A DNA stretch of 64,000 nt, taken from Octopus sinensis. Lineage: Eukaryota. The translations under genes were made by a program, and so were the position numbers. The notes under the pieces are model-generated. The model had not been told where the DNA came from. It saw only the letters and a program-made list of their open reading frames with translations, and ran no database searches. The stretch spans positions 198,958,001-199,022,000 of the forward strand of contig NC_042997.1 in assembly GCF_006345805.1 (NCBI RefSeq), given 5' to 3'. Positions 1 through 12,214 of this stretch are shown piece by piece (position 1 is the first letter of the stretch; each line of letters opens with the position of its first letter).

Positions 1-117
1 ACCTAATCAGTGAATGGTATTTTTATCATTCAAAATATATTCTCTGTTATTCTAAGATATAGTAAATATGGTTAAGACTACGCTTTGCCAATGAGATATA
101 GATAGTAATAATGAAAT

Positions 118-695
118 TATTGTATGCAGTGCTCAGATACACCACAACTTGTCAAAAGTGCGTGTAAAGCATCTGCAGTAATGTAGAAATGTCTGGAAAG
201 TGAACAGTGTATGAGTGAGATACATGCTTGTGTGTGTATGGAGGGGAGAAAATCAGGTGTAGTGTTGGTGAATCTCAGGAAGCATGGAAGTTTTGAAGGA
301 TGCAGTGCTCCGACAACTAACAACTGATGCTGGCAGTTTGTTCCATGCTTCAGCAACTCTTAGCGTGAAATAAAGGTTTCCGAAAGTCATGGGAGCTGTG
401 CTGTTTTCTGACTTTGTAAACATGTCCACGAGTGTTAGACAGATGGAGTTTGAAAAGGTACTCAGAGTTATTGTTTGTAAGATGGTTAATAATTTTATGG
501 GTGTCTACCAAGTCAGTTGCCAGACGTCAGAGTTTCAATGTGTCCATGCCCAGGGAAGTAAGGCGTTCAGAATATGGCAAATGCCTGATGGAGGGTATTC
601 TCTTGGTTGCACGTCGCTGAACAGCTTCCAGATGATTAATATCCTAGGCAAGATAGGGGTTCCAGACCAGTGATACAAATTCCAGATGAATACAA
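118..695 (-). mobile_element. CR1/L2-group LINE 3' fragment (RT C-terminus plus 3' UTR), decayed
   Basis: Minus-strand translation HLEFVSLVWNPYLA*DINHLEAVQRRATKRIPSIRHLPYSERLTSLGMDTLKL*RLATDL...FTLRVAEAWNKLPASVVSCRSTASFKT matches the typical CR1/L2 RT C-terminal motifs (LE.VQRRATK, YEERL..L, RV...WN.LP). It has internal stops. Confidence 0.88.
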
Positions 696-1130
696 CCAGA
701 ATATTTTCAGAGTTAATCTGTACCTACCATAGATTGGATTCACTCTCTAATATCTGTCTCCATTACATTATGAAATTAGAGTTTCAATACTGTCTCATTG
801 TCTTCTTTTACAAATGTTATGGACATTATGGAATCTTCTTCATTAGTCAAATAATTTTTGGCTCACTACATTATGTTAACCCCTACTTAACTATATAATA
901 TACATACAATGTGAGGCCAGCCTGATGAACATTCTGCACTTCCCAAAAATATTGCTGAGCAAAAATACAGTGATAATTGATATTTCCAAGTCAGAAGTCT
1001 TTTGGTAGCTTTCTAAAACAAGTGAAAGGAATAAAAGAAAAAAAACCCTTTGTTGAAGAACATGAAAGTGTCAGTGACAAAAAGAGTATTCCATTTGTAA
1101 AACATCTCTCCAATGTGTATTTGTCTAACC

Positions 1131-1613
1131 ATCAAAATCAAATTCGTCTGTGCTAGCAGCGTACAAAGAGCACCATACGAGTGTGACGATTGACAGAGCG
1201 GCTAACCGGCTTCCATGCCAGTGGCACTTAAAAGGCACCATTTGAGCGTGATTGTTACCAGTGTTGCCTTAAAGAGCACCATCCGAGCGTGATCATTGCT
1301 GGAGCGGCTATCTGGCCTCCATGCCGATGGCATGTAAAAGCAACCGTTCGAGCGTGATTGTTACCAGCATCACCTTACTGGCACCTGTGCCAAAGACTCA
1401 AGCAAGGTTGTTGCCAGTACCACCTGACTGGCACGTAAAAGAACCCACTACACTTTTGGAGTTGTTGGCGTTAGGAAGGGCATCCAGCTGTAGAAACTCT
1501 GCCAGATCAAGATTAAAACCTGGTGCAGGCATCTGGTTCGCCAGCCCTGTCATTCATCCAACCCATGCTAGCATGGAAAGAGGACATTAAACAATGATGA
1601 TGATGATGATGAT
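1131..1613 (+). mobile_element. SINE-like family A ((GAT)n tail, internal aaaagcacc-containing tandem units)
   Basis: Ends ccaacccatgctagcatggaaa..ggac(a/g)ttaaac..(gat)n. More than 12 related copies occur in the window. Confidence 0.85.
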
Positions 1614-2324
1614 TGCCAGCATGGAAAATCCTACAAAACTGAAGGAACAAATGGATGAAGTATGGAAAATATATTTTGTTTAGTATGAATAGCATTTCTG
1701 TTAGTTTTGGTAGTAAATTACAGCTGGATGTGTAGAAAATATGAATGATGTGAAATTCATGCATCCAATTATTCTGAGTGAATTAAGAACTACATAGGTA
1801 AAAGGCATTTTATACGTCATAATGAGACAGATGGCATGTGAAGGATCATAAAAATCTGCTGTTGTGGATGACAAAGTGAAGTCAATCAAATCAAATACAG
1901 CAACTCGCTGAAACATTTTATTCTCCATGGATAGATGAAAGGCAAAATTGATCGCAACAGAATATACTTCCAGAAATATGAGGATTTGAATTGGATATCA
2001 TAAAGAATTTAATCTGATGTGCTAGTATTTGTGTTAGATCTTACTATGAAGCCTGTACGTGGTTTCTCAACCTGCAAGAAATAACAGCCAAATCTCTCTC
2101 AAATCATATCTAACATTTTGATAAAGTAATCTTCAATATTCATTGCCTGATGGGAAAATGAAATGGTCGTAAATGGAACAGTTTTGATCTTTGGTCTGCT
2201 TAGTCAGGTTTTTATTTGATCCAACATGCACGCTTAGCATAGCATGCATTTTCTTTCACTTTTAAACCATTTTGAATGTTATATGTTTAATGAAAATCTT
2301 TTAGATTTTTTTTTGTCATGTGAC

Positions 2325-2572
2325 CACATGACTGACTAGACTATCAGATGTTGTTACACATCATTGATCACAATGCACTTTGCACTTCAAACAACACCAG
2401 CCTCCTGGCTAGTCAAACAGGTCGACATTCCCTACTGAACACAAGGGGAACTAGAACAATATGAAATGAAGTGTTTTACTCAAGAGTACAACATACCACC
2501 CAGCCTGGGAATAAAATTCACAATTCAGCAACCATGAGCGCAAGTACCTAACCACTGGGCCATGTGCCTTCA
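2325..2572 (-). mobile_element. tRNA-derived SINE family E, diverged
   Basis: The reverse complement has a tRNA-like head (ggcccagtggttagg...tgaatt..attccc) and a body similar to the copies at 6829, 22948 and 42287. Confidence 0.65.
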
Positions 2573-2687
2573 CATTTCACTTGGATATATTGGACAAGCC
2601 TTTGAGAATTAGTCGTTTCACATTGTGAAGAGTGTTGCTTATTGTCAAACAGTATTAATATAACTTCTCAATGTTTTGCATTTTCCC

Positions 2688-3003
2688 TTGTGCCGGTGGC
2701 ACATAAAATGCACCATCTGAACATGGCCGATGCCAGTGCCACCTCGACTGGTTTCCTTGCCGGTGGCACATAAAAAGCACCAACCGAGCATGGCTGTTGC
2801 CAGCCTCGCCTGGCACCTGTGCCAGTAGCACATAAAAAGCACCCACCACACTCACAGAGTGGTTGGCGTTAGGAAGGGCTTCCAGCTGTAGAAACACTGC
2901 CAGATTAGACTGGAGCCTGGTGCAGCCTCCTGGCTTCCCAGACCCCGGTTGAACCATCCAACCCATGCTAGCATGGAAAACGGACGTTAAACGATGATGA
3001 TGA
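2688..3003 (+). mobile_element. SINE-like family A
   Basis: Conserved 3' part gttaggaagggc.tccagctgtagaaac...catggaaaacggacgttaaacgatgatga. Confidence 0.88.
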
Positions 3004-3094
3004 GTACAGCTTCCAGGATTTGTTAGTGTCCCAGTTTGCCTTAAGTTCAACAGTGTAGCCAGTTCTAACTTGAGTATAAATGGTCTATCTTTTA

Positions 3095-3365
3095 ATTTTT
3101 ACTTGTTTCACTCATTAGACTGTGGCCATGCTGGGGTACTACCCTGAAGAATTTGAATCAAACAAACTGACTCCAATACTTGATTTTTTTTTAAAGCCTA
3201 GTATTTACCCTGTTAGTGTCTTTTACTAATCCCTTAAGTTACATGGACATAAACCACCCACACCAGTTGTCAAGCAGTGATGGGGGACAAACACAGACAT
3301 TGACACATGCCCATGATGCCACACAGAACCATATGGTTGGGAAGCAAGTTTTTTTACCACACAGC
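3095..3365 (-). mobile_element. tRNA-derived SINE family B, internally deleted
   Basis: Has the 3' end (cttgtttcactcattagactgtggccatgctgg) and the head remnant (ttaccacacagc) of family B. Confidence 0.7.
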
Positions 3366-4464
3366 TGCACCTATACCTATAAGGCAGACTCTATCACTTT
3401 ATTCTACGAATTCAAGAATAGAAATATACTGAGCATTAGACATATGTTTTACAAAGTATCTTTGTAAACAGTGGAATGAGTTGAATAAAAATTACATCAT
3501 AATTACAATCACCTTTTGTTTAGGAGACAAAATAGCAATCTTCTTCGCTACTATGATGGTGACATTTAGACTTAGAATACGAGACGTACAAAAAGAAGGA
3601 AAAAGACAATTGTCATCACTTGCATACAAGTGTGACATGGTAATATGTACCATGCTTTCATTAATTGTTTTAGGTGCCAATGTTGTTACTAGTGGACATA
3701 GGTGCTGTCTCAGCTCTTCTGCACCTGGACATAGTTGGATCATCAAGGATGTGACACCTGGAGGAAGAAAGGGGACTGGACCAGCACAAAGCCAATTCCT
3801 ATTTTCAGCAGAGTAGATTAGGGCAACATAAAATGAAGTGCCACGCCCACTCGGAGGGCTGGCTCAAGGTACCAACAACTCAGGTAGTCGCTCAGGTTGC
3901 CATGTGCGAGGGGGTGCCAAGGGGGACGTGACAAAGATAAAGAAATTTCCACAACCATCAGCTTGTACACGCCAAAGTTCAGCTTGATCAGGGCACCAGC
4001 AACCCTAGGGCTGGCACTACTCACTGGTACAATGTACTACCCAGTCTAGAAATTGAACCCATGACTTTAATATCAAGAATTCAACCACCAGGTCACATGT
4101 TAAACCTAATAAAGGCTTGTTTTCTTTAAAACCAGAGCAATATTTTCATCTGCAAAACTTTGTTTATAATTATAAAAACATCGATATTTACCGTGAAAAC
4201 TTTTATAATTACAAGGTAAAATATATATATTTACAATGAAAATCTATAATTATATCTATAATTACAGTTATAAAATCTATTATTACAATTAAAGCATCTA
4301 TAATTGCAATTAAAAATAAACATCTCTTATTAAAACTGAAAATTCTATAATTACAAGAAAACTTAGGATGAAATTATGGATACAAAATGGAGGACAAATG
4401 CAGTTCTTTTTTATATAAATTTCCGTGCATCTATTTTCAATTATTTTCTAAAATTTATTTTTTA

Positions 4465-4853
4465 TCTCTTACTTGTTTCAGTCATTAGATTGTGGCCATG
4501 CTGGGGCACTGCCTTGAAGAGGTTTTAGTTCAATGAATTGACCCCCAGTCTTTATTTCTTGCGTAGGCTGAACTGCTAGGTTACAGGGATGTAAACACCC
4601 CAACACTGGTTGTCAAGCAGTGGTGAGAAAACGCGCACACACACACTCTAACCCAAGGTGCCATGCATATATTTTTTTCTGTTTATAGTTTAAATTTTAT
4701 ACTTAAGATATATTTACATGCTCTGTGTGGTTACGAAACATGATCTGCAACCACATGGTTTGGTGTTCAATTCTTCTGCATGCCACTTTGGGCAAGTGTC
4801 ATCTGCTATAGCTTTGAGCTAAACTTGTGAGGAGGACAAACACAGACATAAAC

Positions 4854-4893
<40 letters not shown>

Positions 4894-5040
4894 GGCTTCT
4901 TTCAGTTTCCGCCTACCAAATCCACACTCAAGGCTTTGGTTGGCCTGAGGCTACAGTAGAAAACACTTGCCCAAGGTACCACACTGAACCTGGAACCATG
5001 TGGTTGGTAAGCAAGCTTCTTACCACACAGCCATGCCTGC
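4465..5040. mobile_element. Cluster of family B SINE fragments in both orientations
   Basis: 3' half on minus at 4465-4670, head on plus at ~4720-4830, 5' half on minus at 4830-5040 with the internal (TA)n. Confidence 0.75.
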
Positions 5041-5211
5041 TACTGCAAACTAAATTTATTTTTTAATAATTTATCCTTATTCCTTAATTTTCTGATTTGA
5101 CTTTTGTTTTCATCTTTGCTTTCAATTTTTAATCTATTGTCTTCCCTATAGTAAGCCTTGTTTGGCCCTTCCTCTTCCCTAATATCCACAGATTTTGATC
5201 CAGCATATAAT

Positions 5212-5607
5212 CTCTTTACTCTTTTACTTGTTTCAGTCATTTGACTGCGGCCATGTTGGAGTACCGCCTTTAGTCGAGCAACTCGACCCCGGGACTTATT
5301 CTTTTTGTAAGCCCAGTGCTTATTCTATCGGTCTCATTTTGCCGAACCGCTAAGTGACGGGGATGTAAACACACCAGCATCGGTTGTCAAGCAATGCTAG
5401 GGGAACAAACACAGACACACAAACACACACACATACATATATACGACAGGCTTCTTTCAGTTTCCGTCTACCAAATCCACTCACAAGGCATTGGTCAGCC
5501 CGGGGCTATAGCAGAAGACACTTGCCCAAGATGCCACGCAGTGGGACTGAACCCGGAACCATGTGGTTGGTTAGCAAGCTACTTACCACACAGCCACTCC
5601 TGCGCCT
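5212..5607 (-). mobile_element. tRNA-derived SINE family B, full length, young
   Basis: Head ggcgcaggagtggctgtgtggtaag...gggttcagtccc (A-box and B-box-like), central (CA/TA)n, tail (aagagta)n. Confidence 0.92.
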
Positions 5608-6069
5608 GTTACAATCTGTTACAACCATACAAATTATATAGCACATTCTTCTCTGATACACAAATCTCTCTTTCTCTCTCTCTCTCTGTGCAACCAAGGC
5701 TACATACTTTACACATAAACGTCTCCCCAAACAGTGTTGTCTACTCACTAAACTACCATCATTTGGATTGCTGGCTTTTTGTCAGATTATACTGTCACAG
5801 CAGGAACAAACGGATCTCTTTCTGACCTACATCGTATCAGATATTTTGTACTTTGTGATTTGGTTTTGTACCTCACCCTCTTTTATATACATGAACAACC
5901 TATTTGCTGCTGCTTAACAATAGCCACTCTTTTGAAATGCTACCCATCATTTCTTCCTAAACCTCCATACCCAAGCAGTAACCACATGCACCCTAGGTGT
6001 CTGATGTGAAATCTACATTGATTCTATGTACGGTATCATTATTATTATTATTATTATTATTATCTTTAT

Positions 6070-6348
6070 TATTCATCGTTTAACGTCTGCTTTCCATGCT
6101 GGCATGGGTTGGACGATTTGACTGAGGACTGGCAAACCAGATGGCTGCACCAGGCTCCAATGTGATCTCGCAGAGTTTCTACAGCTGGATGCCCTTCCTA
6201 ACGCCATCAACTCTGAGAGAGTAGCAAGTGCTTTTATATGTCACTGGCACAAGGGCCAGTCAGGCAGTACTAACAACGGCCATGCTCAAGTGATGTTTTT
6301 CATGTGCCACCTGCACAGGTGCCAGTTCAGCAGCATTGGCAACGACCG
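6070..6348 (-). mobile_element. SINE-like family A
   Basis: catcgtttaacgtctgctttccatgctggcatgggttgg...; the tail is embedded in (TAT)n. Confidence 0.85.
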
Positions 6349-6530
6349 GCAGAATTGTTAGTGCACTGGATTAAATGTTTAGCAGTATTTTGCCCATTGC
6401 TATGTTCTGAGTTCAAATTCCAACAAGGTTGACTTTGCTTTTCATCCTTCCAGGGTCAATAAAATAAGTACCAGTTGAACACTGGGGTAAATGTAATTGA
6501 CTCATCCCTGCCCCAGAATTGTTGCCCTTC
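6348..6530 (+). mobile_element. tRNA-derived SINE family C, short variant
   Basis: ggcagaattgttag...gttctgagttcaaattcc...ctttgcttttcatccttcc.gggtcaataaaataagtaccag. Confidence 0.75.
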
Positions 6531-6559
6531 AGTTTGTTTAAGAGCCTTTTAGATGTAAT

Positions 6560-6800
6560 GTAGTGATTTTCTTTTGCTTTTTCTGATAAATTAACCTTTC
6601 CTCATCATCCAAGACTTTATATCTGATGTCTTTGTGAACAACATTTCTGACTGTTCCTTCAGACACATGGAGATCTTTTACAATTGACCTCATGGACTCT
6701 CTGGGATTGTAACCAATGGTCTCTTGAACTTGCTGGATAAATTCAGGTGTTCTGATGATTTCAGAGTGTTTAGAATGATTTTTATGCTTTGAAATAAAAG
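6560..6800 (-). mobile_element. Tc1/mariner-superfamily transposase N-terminal (HTH) fragment
   Basis: Minus-strand frame KHSEIIRTPEFIQQVQETIGYNPRESMRSIVKDLHVSEGTVRNVVHKDIRYK resembles a Tc1/mariner DNA-binding HTH (NP..S.R.IA..L.VS..TVR.VV..DL.YK). Confidence 0.75.
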
Positions 6801-6828
6801 ACTAAAAGAATATTAGCAAATATGGTTG

Positions 6829-7100
6829 TGAAGGCATGTGGCCTAGTGGTTAGAGCGTTGCACTTGCGATTGTGAGATCAAGGGTTCAATTCCTGGACCA
6901 TGCAACACATTGTGTTCTTGAGCAAAATACTTCATTTCACATTGCTCCAGTCCACTCAGCTGTAAACAACGGAATAGTCATTTGATTGGCAAGTGGGGAT
7001 GGGGGGAATATTGGCCTACTTGCTTATCCAGCAGGACGGCATCATTTGTGAAGCGCAGTATGACCAGTGATGTATAACAACATCCAATAGTCTGGTCAGT
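6829..7100 (+). mobile_element. tRNA-derived SINE family E (CORE-like body)
   Basis: ggcatgtggcctagtggttagagc...gggttcaattcc followed by ttgtgttcttgagcaaaatacttcatttcacattgctccagtccactcagct. Confidence 0.8.
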
Positions 7101-7424
7101 ACTGCAGACCTGGGATTAGCATATACGGAGATGGGATTTGAGAATTGGTCATTGCATATTCTGAATGATAATGCATGTTGTTAGGAGTTACTAATACTAC
7201 TGCTAAATAATTTACATTTTCTCTCCATCATTTATAGACCTCATTTCAATTCTTTACCATTTGTAAGCCCAATTATTACTGAAGATCTTTGGTGAATATG
7301 CACCACAAAAGGACAGGGGTTTCTCTTTCTGTTGAGGAAATATTTCAACCTTCAACAACTATTTATCCTCTACAATTCTCAGGTGAAACTCACGATGGGG
7401 CCCTACTCCCACATTTGGAAGAGT

Positions 7425-7640
7425 GCTACGTTAGCGCACCGGGCGAAATGCTTAGCGGTATTTCGTCTGCCGTTACGTTCTGAGTTCAAATTCAGCTGAG
7501 GCTGACTTTGCCTTTCATCCTTTCGGGGTCAATAAATTAAGTACCAGTTTCGCACTGGGGTCGATGTAATTGATTTAATCCCTTTGTCTGTCCTTGTTAG
7601 TCCCCTTTAAGTTTAGCCCCTTGTGGGCAGTAAAGAAATA
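7425..7640 (+). mobile_element. tRNA-derived SINE family C
   Basis: cgttagcgcaccgggcgaaatgcttagcggtatttcgtctgcc...gagttcaaattc...gcagtaaagaaata. Confidence 0.88.
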
Positions 7641-8117
7641 TATACATACACAAGCATCCCAGACTGCATCCAGAGAAAGGCCACTTGGCATAAAATCACT
7701 CATATCAGACTTATGGCTCACATATAATTTAGTGGTCTCATGACTTTTCGCGTTATGTAACCTTGTGCTGCTTCTCCTCAGGCACTCCCGTCTCACTTGT
7801 CTCTCCTCTTCTCTGATCAATCATTCTGAGTCCAACCTTGAACTAATCCCTATTCCCTGTCCTTTCTTTCCCAAAATATCAGCCCCTTGGTACTCTCTCC
7901 CTTCACTTGTCTTTTTGCAGTCTGACATTAATTTCACTCATCTACAAAATTCTTTTATCCTTTTATTTGTTTCAGTCATTTGACTGCAGCCATGCTGGGG
8001 CACTCCCTTGAAACGTTATGAAGTTAAGTTCTACTGAGACCTAAGTTCAAAACGTTTCAGGGAAATCCACAGATACAGGCTCTTCTTTCTGAACAAACCA
8101 TAATAATAATAATATAA

Positions 8118-8252
8118 GGTTGTCCCAAAAGTTCGTAGAAAGTCTTGGAAAATAATGGTCTTTATTTTGAGGAATAATTTTTGTTGTTTTTGTTAGTACT
8201 TGGTGAGTAAAAATTCAATTTTCGCAAGTGTTTACAAACTTTTGGGACAACC
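8118..8252. mobile_element. 135-bp MITE with perfect TIRs inside a (TAA)n tract
   Basis: AGGTTGTCCCAAAAGTT (8117-8133) and AACTTTTGGGACAACCT (8237-8253) are exact reverse complements. It is flanked by TAA on both sides. Confidence 0.85.
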
Positions 8253-9254
8253 TAATAATAATAATAATTCAGTGATTCAATGAAACATCTGCAATAAGAT
8301 TTCAATGTACAAACCCCAAAAATTAAGTCTAATATTTTATCCATTCAATCACAGAATTTTAAAAAATGTTTTCTGATTACAGAAAGTTTAATATTTCATT
8401 TTAAACTAAGATATTTACAATTAAACTTTACTTGTTTTGGACATACTCTTTGTTTCTTTAATTCTTTGCAATATAAAGTTTATTGACAGCTTTGAAAATA
8501 TCAGTTGGTAAAACATTAACTATTGAATGGTTGCTCATTTGAAGAATAATCAATATCCAGTCTCATGAATTTTTATTTTCCATTAATAAATGTTAAACAT
8601 CTCTGCAGGTGTGTTCATTCAGACAAAATTCCCTCAGAAACATTAAATTCAAGGAAGGAAGAAGTCTTTTACATTTGTTCATTTTTATTTTCCTTTTTCT
8701 TTTTTTATCTTTTCTTTCTCACTATAGTTGGCCTGTCTCCAATTATTTTATTTGTTGAAAATAACATGAGTATTAATGTAAGTTTACAAACTGTAAAGAT
8801 AAAAACAAAAGAACAAATTGAATTCGTTATGAAATAAGGAGTTTAAAAGATTAATAAAATGTAATATCAATGCAGTATGATGAAGATTATTTAATCGGAG
8901 ATCTTTGAATGATTTACATACAATGTTAACACTTAGATTTATCTGATTTGCATTGAAAGATTCTGTTTATGTTTGTCTAATCTGAATATGTGACTGATTG
9001 CTAATGTTTACTCTTAGTTTTTCTAAATATTCCCACATTAGCATGCAACGTAGAAGCATCTCAAAAGCCAAAACAACAATAGCAATACTAGATGACAGTT
9101 ATTTAGCCCTAAGTCTGATCAAGTGAACTTATGATCAAAAGCCTTCCAGCTATGATGATACTGTCTTTATTTTTTTATTAAGTATGTAAGACTGCATAAT
9201 TGAATGAGTTCTTTCATTATTTATGATGATAGGGTGTGATTTAATCCTTTAGTA

Positions 9255-10072
9255 CATAGGTTCTCAAAGTGGGCACTGCTACCCCCTGATGGGCATTGAG
9301 ACAGCCTTGGTGAGCGCTGGTGCCTAAGAGAAAAAGGAGGCGTTGGAAGGAAGGCAGTGAAATGAGGGAGGGATGCTATGAACTTATAGTACAAATTATA
9401 TATTATATTAAATGATTCATAGTATATATAGATTTTATTTTTATTTATTTATTCATGCACTCTTTTCAAGCCTAGCCAGGCTCATGGGCCCGGTTTCCCG
9501 GTTTCCGTGGCATATGTGTTCCCCCCAGCTGGACAGGAAGCCAGTCCATTGCAGCGTTACTCAAGAAACACGAAGAGAGAGTGAGAGAAAGTTGAGGGAA
9601 AAAAGTACAACAGGGATCACCACCACCCCCTGCCAGAGCCTCATGTAGCTTTAGGTGTTTTTGATCAATAAACACACACAATACCCGGTCTGGGAATCGA
9701 AACCGTGATCCTCCAACCATGAGTCCGCTGCTCTAACCACTGGGCCATTGCGCCTCCACATATATAGATTAGCAGTACGGAATTTTGTCAGTGAACAGGT
9801 TGAGGTCCCAAAGCAACGAAAATATTTCGACAAATTAAATTTAAATGTTGAAGTGCATCTAATGGTTTTTGTGTGTTTCTTAAATGGCTTATAAACACCT
9901 TCCACACTGCAATTGTTTTCATTCCAGCACACGATCTCAGATCAGGTCACTTGCTATGCAAGTACATCTCCGTAATAAAATATTTATTTATACATAAAAT
10001 AGGGGTGAGGAAGCTGAGGGTATTATGTGGCCATGAGGAGGTGTGGTGGGCCAAAAAGTTTGAGAACATTTG
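9255..10072. mobile_element. hAT (Charlie-type) non-autonomous element
   Basis: TIRs cataggttctcaaa and tttgagaacatttg; 8-bp TSD ctttagta (9247-9254) / ctttagca (10073-10080) with central TA. Confidence 0.8.
9457..9758 (-). mobile_element. tRNA-derived SINE family D (V-domain-like core) inserted in the hAT element
   Basis: Head ggcgcaatggcccagtggttagagc...gtttcgattccc and core gatggactggc.tcc.gtccag; second copy at 61328. Confidence 0.85.
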
Positions 10073-10212
10073 CTTTAGCATTTAGACCAGCCATATCCAG
10101 ACAAAATATTTTACCTGTTTTATCTTTAAATCAATCAGATCTGGCCTCTTATACCTGCCCTACAATGACATTTTAAAAATACACAATTTCATCATTGAAA
10201 AGCTGAGATAGT

Positions 10213-10605
10213 GCATGCATGGCTGTGTGGTAAGTAGCTTGCTTACCAACCACATAGTTCCGGGTTCAGTCCCACTGCATGGTGCCTTGGGCAAGTGGCT
10301 TTTACTAAGAGTTTCGGGGCTAACCAAAGCCTTGTGAGTGGATTTGGTAGACAGAAACTGAAAAAAGCCTGTCATATATGAGTGTGTGTTTGTGTTTGTG
10401 CATCTGTGTTTGTTCCTGCACCATTGCTTGACAACCAATGCTACTATGTTTACATCCCTGTAACTTAACAGTTCAGCAAAAGAGACTGATAGAATAAGTA
10501 CTAGGCTTACAAAGAATAAGTCCTAGGGTTGATTTGTTCAATTAAAGGTGGTGCTCCAGCATGGCCACAGTCAAATGACTGAAGTCAAATAAAATAGTAA
10601 AAGAG
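10213..10605 (+). mobile_element. tRNA-derived SINE family B
   Basis: Full head-to-tail match to the family B consensus. Confidence 0.9.
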
Positions 10606-12214
10606 ATCACTTCAAAACAATGCAAATGAATAAGCATTGCATTTGCTTGAGAAATCTGAATGCTAAAGAGTTAAAGGGTATTTGGCTGTTATTTCTAATT
10701 AATCAAGTAACCATAGACTCCCTCGTTAGCTGCTTAAAGTACAAATAATTGGTGGTGATGGTTAGTCTCGTCTTTTCTCCTATTTGTCCTCTTTCTTCAC
10801 TCAGAAGATAAATGGTTTCCTTCTATACTTTGGCATCTGGTTGACACTGTACTTTGACAGCTCCTTTCTGTAATCAACCTATTTACCTACCTGCTCTGCT
10901 ATACTTCTACTTCATACAAATTCTGAGTTACATATCCGTTTGGATGTTGCCATAGATTTTTGTGTCTTTTGTAGGCATAGAAACGAAATATAATTTTTTA
11001 AAAAATAAAAACTTAATTTACTATATCAGGAAATTAACTTGTGCTTTCAACTAGCTATCTTCCAGTTCAAGATAATAGCAATTAATTATAAAATCTGCCA
11101 TACACTTTGGTTAAATATTAATTTGTTTTTCCTTTTTCAAATTTCTGATTGTCATTTATTTTTCTGATCAATATTTGAAATTTGTTGTGTGTTTTGTTCC
11201 ACACAAACAAGCCCAAGATATTTTAGAAGTAACATTGTTGCTATCAAAGGACATAGAAAATGAAAATTCATCTATTTACCTCTTTTTATAGTTAATCTCA
11301 TGCCTATTCAAGACATTTCAAATGGATGAAGGAACCGGATATCTGAAACGGACATTGAATCAATTTTCATTGCTCTCAATTGACAATTTAACCAACTTTA
11401 CTCTGTTGGGAAATTCAAATGGAAGGAATCTCATTTTTTCAATTTTTTTATGATATATAAAATTTAAGAAAGAAAAGAAATTTAATACAAATGCTAAAAC
11501 CATTCCATCCTGATGTAGTCTTGTCTAAAGAAATATTTCTTTAGACCCAAATAACTAATTGCATTTCTTTATCTATCTATTTATTTTCACGACCAAAGTA
11601 ATTTGCTACTAAACGATTTCATTAAAAATTGTTTCAAAACAGAAATATAAATGTATATACAATAGGATTGATTCAATAAGAGTGTGTGTGTATGTGTGTG
11701 TGTGTATGTTAAAATTCTTAGTAGTCACTCGTTTTGTTGAAATGGTTAATACACATATTTGCAATGTCTGTTACATATTCTGTAGAAGTCTCAGTTCAGC
11801 CTGTAATGGCTAATTTTTGTCAAAGACTTCAATCAGTTTCAGACAATATTACCAAGAATATAATTTTAAGTGAAATAAGGACCACATAAATGCAGATACG
11901 AAGAGCTTGAGTGTCCCAGTAATATTAATAATCATGCTTTATAAAAGAGGATTTCTCAATTTAGAGAAATCTCTCAGCACTGTGTTTAGATTGAAGACAG
12001 TATTACAACTCATTATGCACAGCTCACTTCATGCAGAGAACAAATCATCTATGATTGATTTCTTTGAAAATAATGACTCAAGTTCTAACAATTAACTGCA
12101 TTCTAATTTCATCTCTGATTCTTATGAAAATACACCTGGTTCGCCATCGAACTTCCAAAAACCTCTCATAAGACAAGCATACAAGTGATATATACCTTTC
12201 TCAAAAAAGGGTCT

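Larger units (their letters stand above)
9241..10674 (+). mobile_element. piggyBac-type (TTAA) MITE family P1, interrupted by a hAT MITE and a family B SINE
   Basis: Left end TTAA-tCCTTTAG, right end gaatgctaaagag-TTAA. The body pieces 10073-10212 and 10606-10670 match the copies at 19513-19835 and 47284-47928. Confidence 0.8.

Noticed and set aside
1513-1764. ORF with a poly-His run
   Set aside because: The His run is the antisense of the family A (GAT)n tail.
2645-3050. Recurrent ORFs with QLDALPNANHS...VVGAFY (also 12201, 37657, 62913)
   Set aside because: These are translations of family A SINE bodies.
3660-4025. GC-richer block with ORFs 3481-3816 and 3818-4024
   Set aside because: Probably an old TE fragment, but no motif could be assigned, so it is not called.
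5384-5825. Recurrent ORFs such as MPRSGTEPGTMWLVSKLLTTQP (also 10160, 16545, 43588, 45143)
   Set aside because: These are antisense readings of family B SINE copies, not a gene family.
11280-11430. Exon-like GC-richer patch (MDEGTGYLKRTLNQF...)
   Set aside because: No consistent acceptor/donor pair with an open frame on either strand.
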